Position numbers and translations under genes: made by a program. Of a DNA stretch of 36,739 bases, positions 1 through 7,322 are shown piece by piece. Source of the stretch: a virus (Duplodnaviria; Caudoviricetes); the IMG/VR virus record IMGVR_UViG_3300031588_000005, positions 1 to 36,739 of that record; one strand, written 5' to 3'. The notes beneath the pieces were generated by a model. It saw nothing but the letters and a program-made list of their open reading frames with translations. It was not told the DNA's origin and did not search any database. Each line of letters opens with the position of its first letter. Positions within the stretch are counted from its first letter, which is position 1.

Positions 1-113
1 AATTTCGGAATGCCTTGAGACAATTGAAAGATACTCGCGAAGCACTAAAGACTGCCGAAAAAGATGTAGAATATTTGATTCAAGAAGCAATAATGAATCG
101 AAGGTTTTCTTAA
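1..113 (+). CDS. 3' end of a gene entering the window (partial)
   Basis: Open frame from nt 3 (FRNALRQLKDTREALK...NRRFS) to TAA at 111-113. Confidence 0.5.
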   Translation, partial: FRNALRQLKDTREALKTAEKDVEYLIQEAIMNRRFS

Positions 114-146
114 TCCGCAGTAAATACTATTCTTGAATTACGAACT

Positions 147-192
147 ATGACCCACCTGATATGGGATAAGGTGGCGAGTGACCAAATCCCAT
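147..192 (+). ncRNA. Putative H-type pseudoknot RNA element, family A copy 1
   Basis: CCACCT(152-157)/AGGTGG(169-174) stem; loop ATGGGAT(161-167) complementary to ATCCCAT(186-192); homologous to 3477-3521 and 3838-3882. Confidence 0.6.
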
Positions 193-252
193 TTTCAACA
201 CAAGCACACGCGCCGTCTCGATGAATTCGGTAGTTAAGAGCAGTGTTGACCC

Positions 253-290
253 TGGTCTCGCAGTGAAAATGACCACAAACTGCACTTACC
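253..290 (+). ncRNA. Putative pseudoknot/hairpin, family B, ending at ACTTACC
   Basis: TGGTC(253-257)/GACCA(271-275) and GCAGT(260-264)/ACTGC(279-283), immediately followed by the motif. Confidence 0.45.
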
Positions 291-536
291 ATCCATATCT
301 ACCAAACCTCCCTCCTAATAACGCAAGAGGGAATTGGGTGTGGATCCTTCACCAGCCTCTCTACGGTCAAATGAGAGGTCTATGATTACCAAGCGGAATC
401 CTGAGCAAGAACGCGGTAATTATCTATAAAAGGCTCACTTACCGTCGCCAGAATCCGCCTAGGACTCCTCTCTTATACCAGACAGATGAGAATGCGGGCT
501 TAACGCCCTCCTTAATTGGAGGTGGCGGCACTTACC
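291..536 (+). ncRNA. Two structured non-coding modules delimited by ACTTACC (291-443 and 444-536)
   Basis: CCCTC/GAGGG, CCTCTC/GAGAGG and ATTACC/GGTAAT stems, with TGAGC(402-406)/GCTCA(433-437) cross-pairing; second module closed by GTCGCC/GGCGGC; no credible ORF. Confidence 0.4.
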
Positions 537-628
537 GTTCCAGAGATGTAATGATCGGCAACGAGAATGAGTGTGCTGACCCCCACTCATTTCAGACCAA
601 AGAATTTGCCCTGGAACACTTACTTACC

Positions 629-733
629 ATGTACACACATACATGTTCATGCGGAATAGAATACGATGATGATTTGCCAATGCACCCAGAATGGAAAATC
701 TGCGAGTGCGGCACAATGAATTGCAGAATCTAA
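629..733 (+). CDS. Zn-ribbon microprotein (34 aa)
   Basis: ACTTACC-ATG at 622-631; CSC...CEC motifs. Confidence 0.65.
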   Translation: MYTHTCSCGIEYDDDLPMHPEWKICECGTMNCRI

Positions 734-763
734 ATCCGCATCTTATGGGTTGGGCAAACCCTA

Positions 764-1038
764 ATTGCCAAACACCAAAAATAATGCGTCTAGCAGTACG
801 CGCAAAACTGCACTTACCATGCGAAATTTTTCCAGAAAGCAAATTAGGCAGATGATTGAGGTTGAATACCCAGAAGAAAAGAAAAAGGGATTCATCAATA
901 TGCAGACTATTATTTGGTCGGTATATTTAGGCCGCGATAATATGGACTAAAACGCAAATATACAGTATGGGCAACACTTAGATTGCCAAACACCAAAAAT
1001 AATGCGTCTAGCAGTACGCGCAAACTGCACTTACCATG
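764..1038 (+). repeat. Direct repeat of ~57 bp (764-821 and 982-1038) containing a family B element and the motif
   Basis: ATTGCCAAACACCAAAAATAATGCGTCTAGCAGTACGCGCAAA(A)CTGCACTTACCATG in both copies. Confidence 0.95.
819..950 (+). CDS. Hypothetical microprotein (43 aa)
   Basis: ACTTACC-ATG at 812-821. Confidence 0.6.
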   Translation: MRNFSRKQIRQMIEVEYPEEKKKGFINMQTIIWSVYLGRDNMD

Positions 1039-1455
1039 TAAAAAACGCTCACACAGCCAAGAGTGTGTGACAAGTCCTCGATCAGAGTTCGAGGAGTGTT
1101 GATACAGCATAACTACACCGACCCTGCAGAGGTGTTCGGAGCAAGCGAAACCTTGCAACGCTCGAAAGAGCAACAACAATAAATAATGGTCGGATGAATG
1201 GAAATCCGATAATTGAGTCCAGTCCTCTACCAGAGGATAAAATGATGCCATTAGGCCGAAAGGCCACAAAATGCTCGAAAGAGCAACAGGGGTAGAAATG
1301 GATAGATGACTAAAAATCATCAATCCGGTTACTACCTATGAGCCGTAAAAATTCAAAGGCAAGTCATGGACAATCTGCAGATTGAAAATGACTGAGTGAC
1401 GACTGTAAAAGGTCGGCGTCAATGATAAGCTCAATTTCCACTACTCAACGGAACT
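1036..1455 (+). ncRNA. Putative large structured non-coding RNA
   Basis: More than 10 consecutive hairpins, including GAAA tetraloops (GCTC-GAAA-GAGC twice, GGCC-GAAA-GGCC), TCCTCGA/TCGAGGA, ACACC/GGTGT, TCGGAT/ATCCGA, TCCTCT/AGAGGA, AGTCAT/ATGACT; no + strand ORF of 60 aa or more; bounded by motif copies. Confidence 0.55.
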
Positions 1456-1475
1456 ACTGACCATAAATACTTATC

Positions 1476-1699
1476 ATAAAATATTGTGTGGAATAAGTCA
1501 GACCATTAAAGGGTGAACCTATAATTGGTTTGGTGAAGCATCTAAGCAGCAATTTTTACTGCGGTTCAGCGAACATGCCGAGAAAAAACTTTGACGAACA
1601 AAGGATCCCAAGTCTGGTCGTGCTAACCCTCGACTTAGGACAAAAGGATGGTGGACTCTCAATGACACCGCAGAGAGCAAGTATGCCACAATCTTGCTT
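1476..1699 (+). ncRNA. Putative structured non-coding module
   Basis: Hairpins GCAG/CTGC, CTTTG/CAAAG, AAGTC/GACTT, CTCTC/GAGAG, GCAAG/CTTGC; flanked by tandem motif pairs. Confidence 0.4.
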
Positions 1700-1719
1700 A
1701 CTTATCATAAATACTTACC

Positions 1720-3453
1720 ATGCACATGAAAAATGCAAGCGTAGAAATCTACGCTGATATGACAAAAGATGAAATAATGACTGAATTTACCCTAAAGGGT
1801 CTAAAAGCAGATTTGGCTGCTATTAGCAAATTGCCTCAATTTGAGCAAATTGCAAATGCAACGCCAAAGAATGCTAAAAGCCCTATCGTAGATACATTAA
1901 AAATTATTTCACAAGAAATAAAAAACAACGCAAAGCAAAACGACGCAACAGACCAGTTTATCGAGTGTGTAAGATCTTTTGAACATGCAAAATCAGAAAA
2001 TGACGGAACTTTCTTTATAGGAGATTCTAAAGTTGAGATTTTATTGTATGGGAAAGAGCACGCACAATCAAAGAAACAAGTCTTTGCAGACCTAGAAGAA
2101 AATGAAAGAACTGAGAAAACAGGTCCTAATGGAACATTTAATGTCCCTAATAAAGAAGTGTGGGTTTCCCACGCTCTTATAGAGGCAGCAGATACACAAG
2201 GAGCTACAACGCAAGAAGGCCGAAATATGGTGGCTGGCAATTTATTGTCAGGTTCCATGTCATTCGGTAATATAGGAATAGATCCTAGCGTTCATGCCTT
2301 GATGTCCAATTTACTATCTGATGACGGCAAGACAGCCAAAACATCAGGATTAATCAGCCGAGATGATGCTGATTCATTAGTAAAAGACCTCCAGTTACTA
2401 GCACCAGCGGGCACAAGTGTGCGCTACATCGCAGAAACAGACGACAAAGAATTCGCGTCTATGATTATTTATGATGTAACGCCACAATATACCCCTGGTA
2501 TGTTCAAAGTCGGCAAAGGCGTACCTCGTATAACTGAGAGAAACCCAACTGCACAAGAATTACTTGGCATTAACTTGGATCAATACCTGAGCCAAGAGAA
2601 TCAAAAGTACGCAGACATATTGGTATATCGCGTCAACGCACTGAGTAGGTTTAACCTAATCAGACTTGCAACTCCGTATGGACAAACCATACTACCTAAG
2701 ACTGGAAACCTTAAAGATTTACAAATCAATCACGGAATAGATCGAGATGACCCGAACTTGGGTACACTGAAACTCGCTCGAAATCCGAGCAAGAACGCTC
2801 GCTTCCTTGATTGGGAAATTGTGTCTCAACTGCTAGAAATGAAAACCAAAGTTCTACAAAAACTAGGTTATAGCATAGAAGTTCACAGTTCAATCTTCAT
2901 GAGAGGTTCGAAAGCAGAAAAGTCTTGTGATAAGAGAGGACGAAAAACTCTTGAACCACGGGATGTATCTGATATTAAGAAGGGAGCCAAGTTGGCAGAA
3001 CTTTACTTTCAACAAGTTTTAGGACAAGGCAAAGCAGCTTCGATTATGAATATCTTAGCTTCTGAGTCTAGGACAGCCCAACACGGCTATGAGCCAACTG
3101 GGGTATTATCCAACATCGCTTACCTACTAAAAATAGGCGATAAAGCAAATAAAAAGGATAAGTCCACTGTAAAAGCATTGCAACAATTAAAGGATAATAG
3201 CGTATTCTGGCCTTTCGGCTTTGAGAACGCCCAACTATCTGGAAAGAGCAATGGTTCTAAAGGAGAGCAAAAAGTCGGCTTAAACGGAAAAATTGGGAGA
3301 AATAGGTCTCAATTGACTCCGGCAATGGTGACAATCGGTGGCAGAACAGTCATCGGAGTAAAAGCAGTGCCTCTAACCAAGGATGCTTACGATCACCGAG
3401 CCAAGCAAAGCAAAAAACCAACACGCAAGCCTGCTCGAAAACAGCAGCGTTGA
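1720..3453 (+). CDS. Hypothetical protein (577 aa, basic C-terminal tail)
   Basis: Long ORF after ACTTACC; no family recognised. Confidence 0.9.
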   Translation: MHMKNASVEIYADMTKDEIMTEFTLKGLKADLAAISKLPQFEQIANATPKNAKSPIVDTLKIISQEIKNNAKQNDATDQFIECVRSFEHAKSENDGTFFIGDSKVEILLYGKEHAQSKKQVFADLEENERTEKTGPNGTFNVPNKEVWVSHALIEAADTQGATTQEGRNMVAGNLLSGSMSFGNIGIDPSVHALMSNLLSDDGKTAKTSGLISRDDADSLVKDLQLLAPAGTSVRYIAETDDKEFASMIIYDVTPQYTPGMFKVGKGVPRITERNPTAQELLGINLDQYLSQENQKYADILVYRVNALSRFNLIRLATPYGQTILPKTGNLKDLQINHGIDRDDPNLGTLKLARNPSKNARFLDWEIVSQLLEMKTKVLQKLGYSIEVHSSIFMRGSKAEKSCDKRGRKTLEPRDVSDIKKGAKLAELYFQQVLGQGKAASIMNILASESRTAQHGYEPTGVLSNIAYLLKIGDKANKKDKSTVKALQQLKDNSVFWPFGFENAQLSGKSNGSKGEQKVGLNGKIGRNRSQLTPAMVTIGGRTVIGVKAVPLTKDAYDHRAKQSKKPTRKPARKQQR

Positions 3454-3454
3454 G

Positions 3455-3932
3455 CCCTTCGGGGCAACTAGACACAATGACCCACCGATACGGGATAGGT
3501 GGCGAGTGAACAAATCCCGTAACTGACCATGCAAGATAAACGCACGAATAATGAACCAATGAACGAAAGAAAACTAATAATAAAGACCGGTTACGGAACT
3601 GCATGGAAGGAAAATGACGAAATAAAAGTCAAGTTCGCTTCCATGTCCGGAATACCAACAGTCTACAATATTACGGATCTAGATTTATCAGCCGCCATAG
3701 GTTACAACTTTCCCTTGACTATTCGTCAAGTGTTAGGAAGTTGGGGACCATCTAATGAACTTAAAATGTTTTTAGAAAAAAGAATGGCCAAGTGAATAAT
3801 GAACGAGGTTTACGCCCCTTCGGGGCAACTAGACACAATGACCCACCGATACGGGATAGGTGGCGAGTGAACAAATCCCGTAACTGACCATGCAAGATAA
3901 ATGCACGAATAATGAACCAATAATGAACGAAA
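3455..3932 (+). repeat. Direct repeat of ~114 bp (3455-3568 and 3816-3932): UUCG hairpin + family A pseudoknot + motif + first ~13 codons
   Basis: CCCTTCGGGGCAACTAGACACAATGACCCACCGATACGGGATAGGTGGCGAGTGAACAAATCCCGTAACTGACCATGCAAGATAAA identical in both copies. Confidence 0.97.
3529..3795 (+). CDS. Hypothetical protein
   Basis: Motif-led ORF, 88 aa; N-terminus shared with next gene. Confidence 0.75.
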   Translation: MQDKRTNNEPMNERKLIIKTGYGTAWKENDEIKVKFASMSGIPTVYNITDLDLSAAIGYNFPLTIRQVLGSWGPSNELKMFLEKRMAK

Positions 3933-4936
3933 TTGCAAGCCAAAATGGCCGCATCTCTTCTCTAACTGAAAGAGAAGCCGCCATAAGGAAACGCGCTATG
4001 AAAATAAGTAAGCGTAATTCCGGTGCAGGCAAAAGTGCTCTAAGAAGAGCATCTTACCTAAAAATATTGATTTCGATAATAAAGCCATACTTGGATAACC
4101 TCACTACCGAAGAAGAAGATGTAGTAATACTGAATAAAAATGCTAAGATGCTGACACCGAATGTGTTAGTACAAAAAATTAACTATGCATTGAATTTGTT
4201 TTATGACGCATCTAATGACGGTCATGTGACTGAAAAAGTTATACAATTGGCAAAATGCAAAGTAGAATGGAACGAAGAGATCCCTACAAATAAACAAGGG
4301 AAACTCGATGGAAGATTCAAGCCAGTACGATTCACAGCAACCACGATGGTTGTCAAATCCGAAGCCCCGCCCAAAGCGGAAGCCATGGCTACTTCTACGA
4401 GAACGCCGCAAGTACCCTATAATTGGGTAGATGCTATGCAGAGAAGGTCCAAGAAATTAGAATCTTCTCGTACACGCAGAGCAAAGGCTCGTTTGAATGA
4501 CGAAAAACTGCATTTGAAAAAAGTTACTAAAGAGAAAGGTTGCCACATCAGGAAAAGGAATTCTGAAATCATGGGCACCCGTAGAGGCAAGTGTGAACTT
4601 TGTGAATCAATCCTAGAAGGAAATGTTAAACATTCTAATAGGGTTAAAAGATCACTTTCGCACGCCCCTCCTCAAAGAAGAACAAGATTTTATCGGAAAA
4701 AACAGCAACCACGCATCGAATCAGATGTTTGCAAAAACGATTTATCAAGCAATCCAGGTGACTGGGACAAATCGGAGAAGCAATGGCTCTCAAACAACAT
4801 AAAAATAAATCAAGAAGCCGCAGCAGAATTGCTCAAGAAAGGGGAACAACACCTTTCTGAGATAATCTCCAAGAATATGACCCAGAAAGTAAGAGAAAAG
4901 TCAAATGTTGACTACCTTGTACTGGAAGCCGAATAA
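3890..4936 (+). CDS. Hypothetical basic protein (348 aa, one CxxC)
   Basis: Motif-led long ORF, K/R rich. Confidence 0.85.
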   Translation: MQDKCTNNEPIMNEIASQNGRISSLTEREAAIRKRAMKISKRNSGAGKSALRRASYLKILISIIKPYLDNLTTEEEDVVILNKNAKMLTPNVLVQKINYALNLFYDASNDGHVTEKVIQLAKCKVEWNEEIPTNKQGKLDGRFKPVRFTATTMVVKSEAPPKAEAMATSTRTPQVPYNWVDAMQRRSKKLESSRTRRAKARLNDEKLHLKKVTKEKGCHIRKRNSEIMGTRRGKCELCESILEGNVKHSNRVKRSLSHAPPQRRTRFYRKKQQPRIESDVCKNDLSSNPGDWDKSEKQWLSNNIKINQEAAAELLKKGEQHLSEIISKNMTQKVREKSNVDYLVLEAE

Positions 4937-5019
4937 TCAAATTCGTTAGCCTTAATTGGCAAAAAGCAAGACCCTTCGGGGCAGTGGAAGGCACACCACT
5001 ACCTATGTGCCTACTTACC

Positions 5020-5442
5020 ATGACATTGCACATATTGTTAATGCCCCGACCAGGGCATCAACCAAACAAGAATGACGGAACACCAATTGACTATCTCGTT
5101 TTCGACGAGAGTAAGGTCAAGGACCCCGTTCATCCTAACAAGTTAGATCCAAAAAATCCGGATTCTTACTATGCTAAAGCAACAAAAAGGATTCAATCAA
5201 TTTATGAGGAAGATCCAACCATATTTCACGATTTACAAGTAGCTCTTTACGCATCAGGCCTTACTTCTGCCCTATTCGGGACAGTAAACGCCTGTGTCAA
5301 ACTAGGGCTAAATCTAAGCGTAGGAATATGGGACAGAGAAACAGAACAATACAATTTTCAGCCATGGGAACACAAAAATTCCAAATTATTTGTTGAAAAA
5401 ATTGTTCCGCTTTCTGCACTTAATAAAATAATTTACAAGTGA
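5020..5442 (+). CDS. Phage-type hypothetical protein
   Basis: ACTTACC-ATG at 5013-5022; LYASGLT...WDRETEQY pattern resembles common phage hypotheticals. Confidence 0.8.
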   Translation: MTLHILLMPRPGHQPNKNDGTPIDYLVFDESKVKDPVHPNKLDPKNPDSYYAKATKRIQSIYEEDPTIFHDLQVALYASGLTSALFGTVNACVKLGLNLSVGIWDRETEQYNFQPWEHKNSKLFVEKIVPLSALNKIIYK

Positions 5443-5451
5443 TACTGACCA

Positions 5452-5724
5452 ATGTCGAATCGAAAAGCAGCAACAGCAGCAACAGACATAAGTACCAAGT
5501 CAAGGTACTTCAAAAAACTAGAACAAGACATTAAATTTGGTAATGAATACCAAAAGAAAAGGGCATCAAAGAATGTAAAGGAACAGATTCTATTATGGGA
5601 ACTAGACCAAAGCAGTCCTTATGATGATCCAATAACAAATGATGAAAAATACTATTCTGCCAATTGGGCAGATAGTTACCACGGCACAATCAATCTCGAA
5701 TTATGGGATGAATTGAGCCAATGA
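5452..5724 (+). CDS. Hypothetical protein
   Basis: ACTGACC-A-ATG; 90 aa. Confidence 0.75.
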   Translation: MSNRKAATAATDISTKSRYFKKLEQDIKFGNEYQKKRASKNVKEQILLWELDQSSPYDDPITNDEKYYSANWADSYHGTINLELWDELSQ

Positions 5725-5734
5725 CTAAAATAAA

Positions 5735-5772
5735 GCCGAGGCACCAATATGGGTGTCTCGGCACTTTTTTTT
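5735..5772 (+). terminator. Stem-loop plus U-tract terminator
   Basis: GCCGAGGCACC/GGTGTCTCGGC 11-bp stem followed by AC and T8. Confidence 0.75.
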
Positions 5773-5790
5773 GGTCAATCCGAACTTATC

Positions 5791-6147
5791 ATGAGTACAG
5801 CAATACATCATGCGATGAGTTCAGTTAAGAAATGGGGCGGAAAGCCGGAAGATTATATGTCCATACACGAATGGTTCGACCAATCAAAAGAACATGGATG
5901 GAATTTCACCCATAGATCGATACTACATCACACACTAGGAATCACAATCTGCGAACAAGTCTTTGGCTCAATGTGGACTGTGAAAAGCACAGGAAAAGAA
6001 GTACCAACAAGATGGATAGGAGAACAGCATCTTATGGAAGATTTCGGATTTGTTCCGACTCCAGCAGATTGGATGAAAACTATCAAACCAGCAGATTGGA
6101 TGATACGAGGCGGTAAAACCGCCAAAGAATTAGGCCTTGAAGCCTAA
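5791..6147 (+). CDS. DUF6915-like protein
   Basis: ACTTATC-ATG; HAMSSVKKWGG..EDY..IHEWFDQSK, HR..LHH..G, IGEQH..EDFG.VPT..DW signature. Confidence 0.8.
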   Translation: MSTAIHHAMSSVKKWGGKPEDYMSIHEWFDQSKEHGWNFTHRSILHHTLGITICEQVFGSMWTVKSTGKEVPTRWIGEQHLMEDFGFVPTPADWMKTIKPADWMIRGGKTAKELGLEA

Positions 6148-6155
6148 TACTGACC

Positions 6156-6380
6156 ATGACAGATATTGAAAAATATAAAAAACACTTAGGAAAAAAAGTA
6201 GAATGGGTTGTAGACTACGGAGACGATCTACCTAATGATATATTCATTATACATTCTATCCTTTGGGCAGGAGATGTGGGTACTTTCACAGACGGACCGT
6301 TTGAAGAGCATATGTTCCTAAACGAATGCGGCGACAGATGGATGCCCCTTGATTATGTGTTATCACACTTAATAGAGTGA
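6156..6380 (+). CDS. Hypothetical protein
   Basis: Motif-led ORF. Confidence 0.8.
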   Translation: MTDIEKYKKHLGKKVEWVVDYGDDLPNDIFIIHSILWAGDVGTFTDGPFEEHMFLNECGDRWMPLDYVLSHLIE

Positions 6381-6395
6381 TTTCACCTACTGACC

Positions 6396-6713
6396 ATGAT
6401 AAAATTATCAGAGATTCCCATACAATGCGAAGTATGGGTATGTGAAAGATTAACGCCTGACGGCGGAGTATGCGAAAAATGCGTCGACGCTACAATGAAT
6501 AGCGGCGCAAACAATACTTGTGCAAATGATGAATGCGATATTCATTTCATGTGCGACAATTGCGGTGAAAAAGCAATTGTTGGTTACATGGGTGGTGAAG
6601 GTTCAGCATTCCTTTGTTGCGAAGATTGTTGGGAAGAAGTTAGTATGCTTAGTCCCTCAGACCGCGATTACCAAAGCGAACAAAAACAAGATTACTGCGA
6701 ACATTGCAGATAA
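6396..6713 (+). CDS. Cys-rich Zn-finger protein
   Basis: Motif-led; multiple CxxC. Confidence 0.8.
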   Translation: MIKLSEIPIQCEVWVCERLTPDGGVCEKCVDATMNSGANNTCANDECDIHFMCDNCGEKAIVGYMGGEGSAFLCCEDCWEEVSMLSPSDRDYQSEQKQDYCEHCR

Positions 6714-6719
6714 CTGACC

Positions 6720-7055
6720 ATGAGTATAAAAAAATTAGACCCAGCAAAAGTTTGGGTCGTAGCAGAAAACCAATTGTTTGGATGGTGTGCTTGTGATGTT
6801 ATTGACGGCCTCCTACGCACATACGCCACTCAAGAGGAAGCGCAGAAGGAAGCAGAGGGAGTAATCGATGAACTACACACACCACACACACCATACGATG
6901 ATGAATCATGGGGTGCAATTCTACTAGAAGATGCCATCATAGGTGATAATGTAGATTTCATCATTTTTCCTTACGGAAGTTGGAAACCCTACTTACATTT
7001 CATTGTAAGTATAAAGGAATATAGGGATGAATTTCCTAATCAAAAATATGATTAA
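6720..7055 (+). CDS. Hypothetical protein
   Basis: Motif-led ORF. Confidence 0.8.
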   Translation: MSIKKLDPAKVWVVAENQLFGWCACDVIDGLLRTYATQEEAQKEAEGVIDELHTPHTPYDDESWGAILLEDAIIGDNVDFIIFPYGSWKPYLHFIVSIKEYRDEFPNQKYD

Positions 7056-7064
7056 ATACTGACC

Positions 7065-7313
7065 ATGACAGAAGAAGTAAAGAAGTTCCCGTATAAAGAA
7101 GGGGATGATTTCAACGAAGTAGGACACGGCTCATCATGCCCAGCATGTGAAGCTCCATGGTTCGAAGATTCGGAAGACGAAGAAGGATTCAATTGCACAA
7201 ATTACGATCGCTGGGGGCGTGAATATGAAGCCTTATGTTCAATATGTGGATATTTCGCTTACATCGAAATGAAAGCAGTTGTAATAAAACAATCATGGAA
7301 AAAAAAACCATGA
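7065..7313 (+). CDS. Zn-ribbon protein
   Basis: Motif-led; CPAC...CSICG. Confidence 0.8.
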   Translation: MTEEVKKFPYKEGDDFNEVGHGSSCPACEAPWFEDSEDEEGFNCTNYDRWGREYEALCSICGYFAYIEMKAVVIKQSWKKKP

Positions 7314-7322
7314 CTACTGACC

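Noticed and set aside
1036-1699. RNase P, SRP, tRNA, hammerhead or self-splicing intron identity for the structured region
   Set aside because: Conserved cores (GAGGAAAGUCC, CUGAUGA..GAAA, cloverleaf with TTC loop, group II domain V) were not found by eye; an Rfam search is needed to be definitive
1530-1757. 75-aa + strand ORF
   Set aside because: TTG start, no motif, overlaps the 1720 gene out of frame and lies in a hairpin-rich segment
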